Positions 28,521 to 38,400 of a stretch of 64,000 nucleotides of DNA are shown piece by piece. Each line of letters opens with the position of its first letter. The stretch's first letter is position 1. Origin of the DNA: an uncultured Lentisphaeraceae bacterium (GTDB taxonomy: Bacteria; Verrucomicrobiota; Kiritimatiellia; RFP12; DVOR01); NCBI GenBank assembly GCA_937892925.1, contig CALBHX010000116.1:35748-99747 (forward strand). The letters are read 5' to 3'. The notes beneath the pieces are model-generated. The model searched no databases. It was not told the DNA's origin and worked only from the letters and a program-made list of their open reading frames with translations. A program made the translations under genes and the position numbers.

Positions 28521-29606
28521 TCAGGGGTGGATCGCTGCGGCATCTTTAAGGATGTCGGCCAATTGTTGTTTGATTACGCGCATGGAAAGGTGCTGCTCAA
28601 AAAAGGTGCGAGCCACGGGGCGCAGCGCGGTGAGTGCTTCGCGCTTGTTCAGCCAAGGTTTGACGGCTTCGGCTAGAGCCTGCGGGTCGCCCGGCGGAAT
28701 AAAGGTGATGGCGGGGCAGGTTTTGGCTTCTGGCGGATAACCGGTGCAGAACTCGTTGATGACGGGGCGGCAGCAGGCCATGGCTTCATAGACTTTGTTG
28801 CCGATCACGCGAGAGGCTTTCTCCGTGGTGCCGAAAACGCCAAGAACGATGTCGGCTGAGCGGATCACGCGTGGAACATCAACGTAGGGCACTTTGTTCA
28901 GAAAGGTGATGTTGGTGATACCCTTGGCTTTGGCTTCGGTAGCGGCCTTGTAGGCGCCCCAACCGAGGAAGTCCCAGTGAATGTTCAGCCCCTGCGTCAG
29001 GCGGGCGGCTTCAACAATCGTTTCTGTGCCGTGCAGGGGGAGGTAAGCTCCGTGATAGAGGATGCGGAGCGGAGCGGCAGGGTCGTGTGGCGGGTCTTCT
29101 CCTTCGGCGGCGGGCTTGAATACCTGTTCATCGGTTCCTGTTAGCAGAACGCGAAGTTTCTCGCGCGGCACGGACATGTGTTGGTGAAAAAAGTCGGCAT
29201 GGCAGGAGGTGTCGCAGAGGAGAAGATCAACAGCGTTGAAGAGCTGGGTTTCCCAAGCAAGAAGCCGCTTGGCACGCCGTTCATCAGCAGACCACTTTTG
29301 CTGTTCGAGCACCTTTTTGTCCCAGGCGGAGATCATAGGGTCGAAGAGCACGGGGATGCCGCGGCGGTGAGCCCACCGGCAGGCGGCGGCGGCATCGCGC
29401 TGGCGCGCCACGGGCACCCAGACCACATCGGGGCGGACGTCTTTCGGTCCGCGCAGCGCGAACTCCCAATCACCCAGTGCGCAGCAGGCTTTGATTTGAA
29501 AGAATCGGACATCCCACCCAAGCTCCTTGAACAGGGCTATGTAGACGCGGTTGCGCGAATACCCGGGGTCGAAACGTCCCCACCAAAGAACGGTTTTCTG
29601 TGCCAT
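28521..29606 (-). CDS. glycosyltransferase (GT-B fold, GT4-like)
   Basis: C-terminal region with the E..A.G.P motif context (VYEAMACCRPVI) typical of GT4. ATG at 29606. Confidence 0.55.
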   Translation of the reverse strand: MAQKTVLWWGRFDPGYSRNRVYIALFKELGWDVRFFQIKACCALGDWEFALRGPKDVRPDVVWVPVARQRDAAAACRWAHRRGIPVLFDPMISAWDKKVLEQQKWSADERRAKRLLAWETQLFNAVDLLLCDTSCHADFFHQHMSVPREKLRVLLTGTDEQVFKPAAEGEDPPHDPAAPLRILYHGAYLPLHGTETIVEAARLTQGLNIHWDFLGWGAYKAATEAKAKGITNITFLNKVPYVDVPRVIRSADIVLGVFGTTEKASRVIGNKVYEAMACCRPVINEFCTGYPPEAKTCPAITFIPPGDPQALAEAVKPWLNKREALTALRPVARTFFEQHLSMRVIKQQLADILKDAAAIHP

Positions 29607-29708
29607 GGTCAAACTCTCTCCTCTTTGCGGATTGAAGCCGGAGGGCTTCCGGCGGGTGGGGCTCCGCATTTCCCGACCCTTTTGGCTGGCGAGCTGCAGT
29701 ACGGCACG

Positions 29709-30737
29709 TCAGGGCAGGACTTCTAGCAGATCCAACATGTAGAGCAAGGTCATCAGGCGCACATCCAGCGTATGCCCGGCACGGTAGGATTTTACTGTGC
29801 CGACGAAGCGCCCCCGATCGATTAGGGCAATGGCGGCTACGAGGTCGAGCATTGTGCGGTGCCAGACAGGCTCACAGTTCTTCCCGTTATCGAGATTGAA
29901 ATCCGGGCGCGGCGTGGTGATGAATCCCCGCTTTCCATGGATGAGGATATTGTCTTTGGTGTAGCCCATGTTACGGACATCGGCAAAGAGTTTCCCGATG
30001 GTTTTGGACATGAGATATTGCGATTGCGTGGCGTTGGTTCGCGCTCCAGCACCGCGAATAAAGGTTTCCGGCGTCAAATCTACCTGAATACGCTGCTGCC
30101 CGACGACCGTATCCCATGCGATGGCAACGTCCAAATGCAGGCGCCGGTCGTCCCCCTCGGCGGGGAGCAGGGTAACAAAGTCTCCGCGTCCGCCCCCGAT
30201 GGTAACGGGCTCTTTGACGGTGACATACCGCGCGGGGCGGCCCGTTGGGACAATTCTGGCGCGTTGGACGGCTTCGACTAGATCTAGGCTTGAACGGTCA
30301 AACAGCGGTGGGTCGCCTCCGGCGATGGACAGGCGGACGTTGTCTACGCCAAGTCCTAGCCGAAGCGCCACAATATGCTCCACCATACGCAGATAATTAT
30401 GAGGCGACCCGGCGCGCAAAACAATGTTGCGGGCACTTGTCCACACATTTCGAACAGAGACTTTGACATCGAGTTGTTCGGCTAGATCCGTTCGATGAAT
30501 CCACCAACCGGGGATAGCGGAAGGCCCAAATTGAAGCACAGGGTGACGTTTTCGTTCAAAGGTGCCAACGCCTGTTGCACTGGCCTCTCCTGCGAGTGTG
30601 GTCTCTTCCGCTCCAAATGGCAGACGATTGTCCGTCCGGCACGTTTCTGTAACAGGCTGTGCTTCAAAGGCTTCATAGGCGGCGCGCACCCGAGTTTCTT
30701 CGCCTGCAACGAGGCGGCCGATAAGAGCTTCTTTCAT
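29709..30737 (-). CDS. LpxC-like UDP-3-O-acyl-GlcNAc deacetylase homolog with a roughly 45-aa N-terminal extension
   Basis: Aligns to LpxC blocks: ATGVG....RTDL, MVEHIVAL.LGLGVDN, WHRTMLD, RAGHTLD. Some canonical residues are changed (GLHTG to GTFER; GDL to AAI). Confidence 0.6.
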   Translation of the reverse strand: MKEALIGRLVAGEETRVRAAYEAFEAQPVTETCRTDNRLPFGAEETTLAGEASATGVGTFERKRHPVLQFGPSAIPGWWIHRTDLAEQLDVKVSVRNVWTSARNIVLRAGSPHNYLRMVEHIVALRLGLGVDNVRLSIAGGDPPLFDRSSLDLVEAVQRARIVPTGRPARYVTVKEPVTIGGGRGDFVTLLPAEGDDRRLHLDVAIAWDTVVGQQRIQVDLTPETFIRGAGARTNATQSQYLMSKTIGKLFADVRNMGYTKDNILIHGKRGFITTPRPDFNLDNGKNCEPVWHRTMLDLVAAIALIDRGRFVGTVKSYRAGHTLDVRLMTLLYMLDLLEVLP

Positions 30738-30776
30738 GCGTTCTCCGGTTATTGCCGCGGATAGGGCGGCATGGGG

Positions 30777-32429
30777 CTAATATTTCAGGCGGCTGGCTCC
30801 CAGATATTCCCGCAAGATGGAGTTTGTCGGCACATCGGCCATGGGCATGGCGGCAAAGTTCTGCAGAAAACAGGAGAGCCGGCGCGCATGGACGAACTCC
30901 GGGTGATAGGGTTTGATCTGGTTCAGCAATGGCCCGGCCAAGGTTTTCAAGACTGGAATTTCATAATCCAGGGCAGTATTGAACACCGCATCTGCGCAAT
31001 GCTGGAAGGGAAAGATCCACCGCTCTTCGCCAGCTCGGACACTGGGCCATAACCGGAGGGTTTCACGGGGGCTCCGCCCCCGGAATTGCCCATCGCGTAC
31101 CATTCGACGCAGCAGTCGATTGTCAATGGTGGAAATTCGGTTGTTCCGGTCGATGGCCAGCTGTGTAAGGGCGTTCACGTAGATTAGGAATTTCTCCTGA
31201 CGGGGAATATCCGGCGTAAGATCCGGATTGAGCGCGTGGATGCCTTCAATCACGAGAACGCCGCGCTGGGGATCCAGCGCCAGTGTTTCATCGGAGTCAT
31301 ATCCTTCCCGTTGTTTGAAGTCGAACTTCCGCAGTGCGATGGTTTCTCCCCTTAACAGGCGGATTAGGTCAAGATTCAGGCGCGGCCGATCAACGGCATC
31401 CAGGTGTTCATAGTCCAGATTGCCCGCTGCATCGCGCGGATTACGGGCGTCTCCAACAAAATAATTGTCGGTGGAAAGCAACGCCGGCTTCAGCCCCAAC
31501 ACACGCAGGTGTGTACAAAGGCGCATGGCGAAGGTCGTCTTCCCGGCAGAGCTGGGGCCGGCCACCAACACCACGTGCGGCCGCGGCACGCGAGAGGCAA
31601 TCTGATCGGCAAAGGATGCCAGACGGCGTTCGTGCAGGGCTTCAACGGTGTTGATTACATCGGCCACTGAGCCATCGGCAATGGCGGCGTTCAATTCTCC
31701 TGCGTTTCGGATGCCGATGATTTCGCCCCATCGCAAATGCTCGGCATAAACTTCAAAAAGGAAGTCGTAAGGCGGCATGGGGTCGAGGGCTTTCGGCGTT
31801 TTGACGCCGGGGAATTCCAGTACAAACCCTTCGCGCAGAGGCACAATATCGAAGAGCTCAAGTGCCCCGGCGTGAGTGGCCATGATTCCCTGCGGCAAAT
31901 CATAGAACGCACCACAGACAACGAGCGCCAACGCGGGCGGGTTACGGTGCGCCAGCAGATTGACCTTGTCTTCCTGCCCTGCGGCACGGAAACGTTCCAA
32001 AATCTCGGCATAGGGGAAAAGCCGATGCGCGATGGGGGTGTCGGCGGCGATGAGTCTGGCTACGCCTGCCCGAAGCGCAGCCACCTGCGCCTCCCGCTCT
32101 GTTGGCGGAACGTCCCATGTCCAATAGAGCGCGTTGTGCCCGAAACTTTGACGAATCCGGCAATCAATACGCGGGAAAGCTTCATGAAGGACTTTGGCCA
32201 CCAGAAAACAGAGCGTTCGCCGATAGACCTGCCATCCTTCGCTGTCGGCCAGTGTCAGCGGGCGAATCTGGGCATCGTACAACATGGGTGCATCCAGCGG
32301 CACCACATCGTTGTTCATGAGCGCTGCCAATACAGGCAACCCGTCAACGAACGCGGGAAGCACCGCGCTCAACGGGGTGCCGCGTTCGGCCTGAAGGCAT
32401 TCTCCGGTGTCCAGTTCGAGGGTGATCAT
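30777..32429 (-). CDS. uridine-kinase/phosphoribulokinase-family P-loop kinase with roughly 250-aa N-terminal ThrRS-N/TGS-like domain
   Basis: Walker A GPSSAGKTTFA, and STDNYF, VLVIEGIHAL and RRMVRDGQFRGRS blocks match Udk. The extra N-terminal domain is of unknown role. Confidence 0.7.
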   Translation of the reverse strand: MITLELDTGECLQAERGTPLSAVLPAFVDGLPVLAALMNNDVVPLDAPMLYDAQIRPLTLADSEGWQVYRRTLCFLVAKVLHEAFPRIDCRIRQSFGHNALYWTWDVPPTEREAQVAALRAGVARLIAADTPIAHRLFPYAEILERFRAAGQEDKVNLLAHRNPPALALVVCGAFYDLPQGIMATHAGALELFDIVPLREGFVLEFPGVKTPKALDPMPPYDFLFEVYAEHLRWGEIIGIRNAGELNAAIADGSVADVINTVEALHERRLASFADQIASRVPRPHVVLVAGPSSAGKTTFAMRLCTHLRVLGLKPALLSTDNYFVGDARNPRDAAGNLDYEHLDAVDRPRLNLDLIRLLRGETIALRKFDFKQREGYDSDETLALDPQRGVLVIEGIHALNPDLTPDIPRQEKFLIYVNALTQLAIDRNNRISTIDNRLLRRMVRDGQFRGRSPRETLRLWPSVRAGEERWIFPFQHCADAVFNTALDYEIPVLKTLAGPLLNQIKPYHPEFVHARRLSCFLQNFAAMPMADVPTNSILREYLGASRLKY

Positions 32430-32443
32430 GCGCCAACTGCCGT

Positions 32444-32827
32444 TTAGTTGGTGAGATCGTCTTCTGTGTTCAGGTTACCATCGGCTCCAGCGGAGCGGAT
32501 CGTGTATTTTTTCCCTTCCACTTTATAATCAAAGGGAAGCCCCCAAGCATCATTCAGCGCACCGGATTTGAGGAGCGGCTCATCGTCATTGATGCCAACC
32601 GTCAGATCCTCAAGCGTCTTGGGCAGACGGCCGGTTTCCATCTTATAGATTTGAATGGCCTGCTCGATTGCACCAATGGAGGTGAGGGTTGCGGCTTTAC
32701 GCGATTTATCGCCTGCGCCGCCAAAGTTGACCACCACCACCGAGCCTAGAATGCCCAGGATAGCAATGACGAGAAGCAGCTCTACGAGGGTAAAGCCTGC
32801 GCGGCGGGAATGATTGGAGAAGTTCAT
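32444..32827 (-). CDS. gspG: type II secretion/type IV pilus major pseudopilin GspG
   Basis: Canonical prepilin leader RRAGFTLVELLLVIAILGIL with Glu+5, plus the GspG C-domain (DAWGLPFDY...SAGADG). Confidence 0.85.
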   Translation of the reverse strand: MNFSNHSRRAGFTLVELLLVIAILGILGSVVVVNFGGAGDKSRKAATLTSIGAIEQAIQIYKMETGRLPKTLEDLTVGINDDEPLLKSGALNDAWGLPFDYKVEGKKYTIRSAGADGNLNTEDDLTN

Positions 32828-32849
32828 GCGTTTATTTCCTTTCCGGGGA

Positions 32850-34088
32850 TTATTGACCCATAGCCGAAGTTGCGGAGAAGACGGCCGAGAGAATGGCTAT
32901 CGCCACAAAGCCGACAATAGCCGCCACAAAGAGAATCAGCAGCGGCTCCAGCGCCGTGGTGAAGATCTTGATGTTGCGATCCAGCTCGGCCTCATAACGG
33001 CGGCCGATGTGCCCCAACGCGGCGGGCAGGTTGCCCGTCTGTTCCCCCAATGCCATCATGTCTGTCATCATGCGGGGGAAGACGCCGCTCTGAGCTAATG
33101 GCCCAGAGATAGTTGTGCCGTCGGTTACACGTTCGCGCGCAGTTTTCAATGCGGCGCCGATTACGGCATTGCCGCATGTTTCTTCCGAGATGCGCAGGGC
33201 ATTGAGCACATTGACGCCGTTGGCCAGGAGCGTTTGCATGGTATAAGCTAGGGAAGCATAGGCTCCGCTGGCGATGAGACCCTTGATCAACGGAACGCGC
33301 AGCTTGAAGGCATCCCACTGCGTCCGCCCGGCACCGTTAATCCACTTGCGGAACAGGACGATGCCGACAACAATTCCTACAGCATAGAAGACGCCATATT
33401 TCAAAAGTCCGTCACTCATCCCGATGAGCATTCGCGTGGGTAATGGAAGCTCGCGCCCCATACTGCTGAAAAGGGTGGTGAACTGCGGCACAATTTTGAC
33501 CATGGCGAACACAACGGCTCCAACGCCCATGGCCAGAACAATCGCCGGATACGTCAGCGCCGAGACAATTTTGCTCTTCATGTTCTGATTGCGCTCGTAG
33601 TGTTCCGAAAGACGATGGAGCACTTCCACCATGGCTCCGGAGGCTTCGCCTGCGCGCACCATATTCCCGTAAATCGGCGGGAAACTGCGCGGATGCGCAT
33701 CCACAGCGTCTGAAAAGGCTTCGCCTCGCAGAATTCGATCGCGCAGGTCTGCCGAGACGGCACAAATAGGGTCGGAAGGTTCCCCCTGGTTGGCCAGCGC
33801 ATTCAGCGCTGCGCCCAGCGTCATTCCTGCTTCGAGCAAATCTGCCAGCTCAGAGGAAAAGAGAAGCACTTCGGCAGGCTTCATTCGCGCTGTGCTTGGA
33901 GCCCGGGCGGTTTTGGTTTTTCCGGGCACAGCCTGACTTCCTGCCGTATTCCCGCTTTCTGTTATGGAGAGCGGCATCAATCCCTGCGCCTTCAGAGCGG
34001 CGAGAGCACCCCGGCGGTCGGCAGCGTCTAATGCTCCCGACACCTTGGCTTTTGCCCGATTCAATGCAACATAATTGAAACTCGCCAT
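32850..34088 (-). CDS. gspF: type II secretion/type IV pilus inner-membrane platform protein GspF/PilC
   Basis: 412 aa with two GspF repeats and three TM segments; family-typical sequence throughout. Confidence 0.85.
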   Translation of the reverse strand: MASFNYVALNRAKAKVSGALDAADRRGALAALKAQGLMPLSITESGNTAGSQAVPGKTKTARAPSTARMKPAEVLLFSSELADLLEAGMTLGAALNALANQGEPSDPICAVSADLRDRILRGEAFSDAVDAHPRSFPPIYGNMVRAGEASGAMVEVLHRLSEHYERNQNMKSKIVSALTYPAIVLAMGVGAVVFAMVKIVPQFTTLFSSMGRELPLPTRMLIGMSDGLLKYGVFYAVGIVVGIVLFRKWINGAGRTQWDAFKLRVPLIKGLIASGAYASLAYTMQTLLANGVNVLNALRISEETCGNAVIGAALKTARERVTDGTTISGPLAQSGVFPRMMTDMMALGEQTGNLPAALGHIGRRYEAELDRNIKIFTTALEPLLILFVAAIVGFVAIAILSAVFSATSAMGQ

Positions 34089-34206
34089 AACACCTATAGG
34101 TTATCATAATGGCACTTACCCTGCATGGCTTTGCACGGGTTCGTGCTTGCAGCAGAACGCGCCCGTGTGCAACTCGCGCCGGGGAGCCGGTAAACGCGGG
34201 GCGGTT

Positions 34207-35214
34207 TTACTCCAAAGTCGGGGCGGGTTCATTTGGTGTTGGGTGCGGGCGGTTGTTCGGGGTGCGCAGCCGGCGCAGAAACGAGACGGCGGATGCAAGT
34301 GCTTCCGCGCGGGCTTTAGGCTGCCCGGGCACGGTGATAAAAAGATGGACGCTTCCGGGGATAACCTGCCGTTGGATGGGGAGGCCGCGTTGGGTGCATA
34401 CGGCGGTGAAGTGTTCACCCTGATCGGCGAGGATATCCCGCTCGGCGGCTACCAGGAGTGTAGGCGGCAGATGTTCCGGCGGCACGCGTGCAGGTGAGAC
34501 TAGGGCATCGCTGCTCCGGACGTTTTCGGGTGCGTAGGCTCGGTTGAAGGCTTCCATCAGGGAAGCATCAAGTCCAAATCCGCGGGCATACTTTGTCCAG
34601 GAGGCAGTGCGGCTGGTGATGGCATCGACCACAGGGTAAAAAAGCAAAAGGCCGTCAAGCGCAGTCGTTCGGGCTAGCGCGAGCGCCAGATTCCCGCCTG
34701 CAGAATCGCCTGCTGCGATCCATTGGCCGGGGAAACATTGCTGGGCTTTGGCCAATGCGTCCCGGGCATCTTCTATGGCGGCGGGATAGGGGTGTTCGGG
34801 AGCCAGGCGATAGGCCAGAGAGAGAACGCGCTGCCCGGAGGCTTTAGCTAGGGCGGCACAGAAGGCATCACAGGAATCCAGCCCGCCGATTACCCAGCCG
34901 CCGCCATGGAGATAGAGTACGGTTTGCGTCGGTTCGGGCTTGTACCGCGGGGTATACACGCGATAGGGAAGGGTACGCCCGGGCACCTGGAACGTGCCGT
35001 TAGAGATCGCCAGAGCATCGTCAGAAGAATATGGAGAAGCCTTTTTGAGCCGCTCTTTCCGAATGGCCTGAAGTGCTTCAGGCTGGCCGGCGCAGGCCTG
35101 TTCAATGGCTTTCGCCTGACGGCTTTGGATCTCGGTTGGCAGGCTTGAAAGAAAGGTTTGGGCTTCTGGAGAAAGGAGCCCGGAAGCAAAGATAAGCGGA
35201 AGGATCGGGTTCAT
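34207..35214 (-). CDS. secreted alpha/beta-hydrolase fold-3 esterase/lipase (HSL family)
   Basis: HGGGW oxyanion motif and GDSAGG nucleophile elbow. Start placed at ATG 35214 (MNPILPLIF, signal peptide) to avoid overlap with the polA stop. Confidence 0.75.
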   Translation of the reverse strand: MNPILPLIFASGLLSPEAQTFLSSLPTEIQSRQAKAIEQACAGQPEALQAIRKERLKKASPYSSDDALAISNGTFQVPGRTLPYRVYTPRYKPEPTQTVLYLHGGGWVIGGLDSCDAFCAALAKASGQRVLSLAYRLAPEHPYPAAIEDARDALAKAQQCFPGQWIAAGDSAGGNLALALARTTALDGLLLFYPVVDAITSRTASWTKYARGFGLDASLMEAFNRAYAPENVRSSDALVSPARVPPEHLPPTLLVAAERDILADQGEHFTAVCTQRGLPIQRQVIPGSVHLFITVPGQPKARAEALASAVSFLRRLRTPNNRPHPTPNEPAPTLE

Positions 35215-35234
35215 GTGCGGGAATTGAAACAGAA

Positions 35235-37982
35235 TTAATGAGCGGAGAGCCAATCGGCGCCGACTCCGAGTGAGACGCGCAGCGGGACGGCCAGTTGGGC
35301 AACGCTTTCCATGGCTTCGCGGACAAGGGGACGGACGGCCTCGACTTCGTCATCGGGGACATCGAAGAGGAGCTCGTCATGGATTTGGAGGATCATTTGT
35401 GTGCGGAGGTGCTGCTCATTCAGCCGCCGAGCGATGGTAACCATGGCGAATTTAATGATGTCGGCGGCGGTGCCCTGAATGGGCATATTGATGGCGATTC
35501 GTTCGGCGGCATTGCGGGTGGTGGCATTGCGGGAGCGGATCTCGGGCACGGCACGGCGCCGCCCAAAAAGGGTCTTGGCAAAGCCGCTTTCACGGGCGGC
35601 TTCGATGGAGTGCTCCATGTAGGCTTTAATGGCGGGATATTGCGCAAAGTAGGCATCAATCAAATCTTGCGCATCGCGCCGCGGGATGCGCAGGCGGGAA
35701 GCGAGGCCGAAGGCAGAAATGCCGTAGATAATGCCAAAGTTTACCATCTTACAATGGCTGCGTTGTTGAGGGGTTACCTCTGAGAGGGGGGTGCCGTAGA
35801 CCACGCTGGCGGTCTGCGCGTGGATATCTTCACCGTGCTGGAAGGCTGCAATCATACGCTCATCCCCACTCATGGAGGCCATGATGCGCAACTCCACCTG
35901 CGAATAGTCGGCGGAGAGCAGCTGCCACCCAGGAGCACGGGCAACAAAGGCGGCGCGGATCCGTTGGCCGCGCTCGGAGCGGACGGGGATATTTTGAAGG
36001 TTTGGGTCGGAGGATGAGAGCCGCCCCGTGTCAGTGAGGGTCTGGTTGAAGGTGGTATGAATTCGGCCATCTCTCGGGTCAATGTGCTCGGGCAGCCGGT
36101 CAACGTACGTGTTTTTCAGTTTGACGCATGCCCGCCAATCAAGCAGCAGATCTACTACAGGGTGGCGATCGCGCAGTTTGAGCAGAAGCTCTTCGTTTGT
36201 TGGAAATTGTCCGCGCGGGGTTCGTTTGACGGAGGGTTCAAGCTGAAGCTGCCCAAAGAGAAACTCGCCCATCTGCTTGGGGGAGGCGAGGTTGACGCCA
36301 GCGCCGGTGTAATCGCGGATGGCTAACTCCAGGCGGAGAATTTCGCCTTCAAGTTCGGCACGAAAGCGGCGGAGCGCGGCGGGATCGATGCGCACTCCGG
36401 CCTGCTCCATGTCGAGCAGCACTCCGGCCAAAGGAGTTTCACAGGTTTCAAGAAGGGGTAGAAGCGCTGCCTCTTTGAGCTTTGGAAGTAGGATGTCATC
36501 CAGGCGGAGCGCCATGTCGGCGGATTCGGCGGCATAGTCCAGGACGGTTTCCGGCGGCAAATCGGCGAGCGATCGGGTTTTGTCGGTGCCCAGAAGCGTC
36601 GTGAGCGCAATGGGCGTGTAATCCAGAAAAACGTTGGCGAGATAGCCGAGATCGTGGCGATCGATGGCGGCTAGGAGATAGTGTGCTAAGAGGGTGTCGC
36701 GAAGAGGGCCTTGTAAATCCAGCCCAATCCGGCGGAGCACGGTTCGGTCGTATTTGAGATCGTGACCAACTTTGAGGATGGTGGGAGAGGCCAAGACCGG
36801 TTCAAAGGTATGCAGCGCTTCACGCTGCCCGGCTTCATCTGCGGGGAGCGGGATATACCACGCCTGTCCGCCGGCAATGGCGAAGGCACACCCAATGGCA
36901 CGAGGATGCTTTGGATGAAGTCCGGAGGCCTGCATGTGGAAGGCTATACGGGGCTCGGCAAGGAGCTGCTGCACCAGAGCTTCACGCTCGGCAGGGGTTT
37001 GAACTAGGCGGTATTCATGTGGCTGAGTGGTCAGTGTTCGGCGGGCGGGTGTAGGGGCTGCGGTTTCGGAACGAAAGGCTTCTCCGCCGCCGAAGAGCTG
37101 AGTTTGGGCGGCACTGGCCGCAATACCCAGGCGGTTGGCTATGGTATTAAGCTCATATTTACGAAGCACGGGCGCCAGACGGGCGAGTTCTGGCGGGCGG
37201 ACGCGCAGGGCGTCGAGAGGGAGATCGATCGGGACATTACGCACGATCGTTACTAAAAATTTACTGAGCTTTACATCTTCGATATGGGCACGGACGGCTT
37301 CGCCGGTTTTTCCGGAGAGTTCGGCTGCATGGGCAAGGAGATTTTCTACCGAACCGAATTGGTGAAGCAGCCGTTTGGCGGTTTTGGGCCCCACACCGGG
37401 AATGCCGGGCACATTGTCGCTGGTATCGCCCGCAAGCGCCAGATAGTCGATTAGTTGGGCGGGCGTTTGGACACCCCATTGGGCGCAGATGGCATCTGCT
37501 GAGAGAGGCGCCTGTTCGCCCGGGCGGAAGATGGCAATATTCGGGGCGGCCAATTGCCCCAAATCTTTATCAGGCGAGGCAATGACTACCTGAGCCCCTT
37601 CGGCAGCGGCACGGCTGGCCAGTGTCCCGAGCACGTCATCCGCTTCGAATCCATCTGCCCGTACCACCGGAATGCCCCACGCGGCGGCCAGCTCTTCGGC
37701 TTGTCCGATGGCGGCAGCGATATCTTCCGGCATTTTTTCCCGTTGAGCTTTGTAGGGTGGAAACTTCTGATGGCGAAAGGTCGGCGTGAGACTCTCGGCT
37801 GCAATGGCCAGATGCGTGGGGGAGAAGGTTCGCAGGATTTGCTCGATAGTGGAAGCGAACAGTGCCAACGAGGAGGTGTTCAGGCCTGTAGCGGTTCGGC
37901 GGGGCTTCTTAAGAAAGACAAAATACCCGCGATAGAGGATGGGCATCAGGTCGATGAGAAAGAAACGGGCATCTGCGAGCAT
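35235..37982 (-). CDS. polA: DNA polymerase I
   Basis: 5'-3' exonuclease, 3'-5' exonuclease and polymerase domains (RRAAKMVNFGIIYG, QIHDELLF). Start at ATG MLADARFF (37982); the ORF-track start uses an upstream TTG. Confidence 0.95.
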   Translation of the reverse strand: MLADARFFLIDLMPILYRGYFVFLKKPRRTATGLNTSSLALFASTIEQILRTFSPTHLAIAAESLTPTFRHQKFPPYKAQREKMPEDIAAAIGQAEELAAAWGIPVVRADGFEADDVLGTLASRAAAEGAQVVIASPDKDLGQLAAPNIAIFRPGEQAPLSADAICAQWGVQTPAQLIDYLALAGDTSDNVPGIPGVGPKTAKRLLHQFGSVENLLAHAAELSGKTGEAVRAHIEDVKLSKFLVTIVRNVPIDLPLDALRVRPPELARLAPVLRKYELNTIANRLGIAASAAQTQLFGGGEAFRSETAAPTPARRTLTTQPHEYRLVQTPAEREALVQQLLAEPRIAFHMQASGLHPKHPRAIGCAFAIAGGQAWYIPLPADEAGQREALHTFEPVLASPTILKVGHDLKYDRTVLRRIGLDLQGPLRDTLLAHYLLAAIDRHDLGYLANVFLDYTPIALTTLLGTDKTRSLADLPPETVLDYAAESADMALRLDDILLPKLKEAALLPLLETCETPLAGVLLDMEQAGVRIDPAALRRFRAELEGEILRLELAIRDYTGAGVNLASPKQMGEFLFGQLQLEPSVKRTPRGQFPTNEELLLKLRDRHPVVDLLLDWRACVKLKNTYVDRLPEHIDPRDGRIHTTFNQTLTDTGRLSSSDPNLQNIPVRSERGQRIRAAFVARAPGWQLLSADYSQVELRIMASMSGDERMIAAFQHGEDIHAQTASVVYGTPLSEVTPQQRSHCKMVNFGIIYGISAFGLASRLRIPRRDAQDLIDAYFAQYPAIKAYMEHSIEAARESGFAKTLFGRRRAVPEIRSRNATTRNAAERIAINMPIQGTAADIIKFAMVTIARRLNEQHLRTQMILQIHDELLFDVPDDEVEAVRPLVREAMESVAQLAVPLRVSLGVGADWLSAH

Positions 37983-37998
37983 GGGAAGGTCTCCGGGA

Positions 37999-38400
37999 TT
38001 ATTTGGCCGATACGTCGGCGGCTTGCTGCCAGGCACGGGCAAGCTGGGCAAGCGGCTGTGTGAGCACTTCGTTGGGAAGTTTGGACAAGTGTGTTTTCAA
38101 TGCGGCGATAAAGCGGTCATTTTCTGCATTGTCATAGATACAGTGCGTGGGATAGAGCGTAAGATAAAGCGCCATGGGGGTGGTCTCTGGGGGGAGTGCA
38201 CGCGCTTGTCCTCGCCGGAGGCCATAGGCGGTCTCCAAGGCGGCCAGAAAAGGGATGTTTTCCGGAGTCCAGGCGGGGTTGGATTGTCGTCCGAAAACCC
38301 GGGTGAACCGTCGCCGCTGGGCGCCCCGGTTCCAGATATAAATCAACGCAACGCACAACATGATGCAGAGGATATAGGAAAGAATACGAGTGCCACTCAT
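37999..38400 (-). CDS. hypothetical small membrane-anchored protein
   Basis: One N-terminal TM (ILSYILCIMLCVALIYIW). No recognisable domain. 4-nt overlap with the upstream gene. Confidence 0.4.
   Translation of the reverse strand: MSGTRILSYILCIMLCVALIYIWNRGAQRRRFTRVFGRQSNPAWTPENIPFLAALETAYGLRRGQARALPPETTPMALYLTLYPTHCIYDNAENDRFIAALKTHLSKLPNEVLTQPLAQLARAWQQAADVSAK

Noticed and set aside
37983-38051. Upstream TTG-initiated extension of polA (MPSLPVP...)
   Set aside because: The conserved PolA N-terminus begins at the ATG MLADARFF. The extension overlaps the preceding gene.
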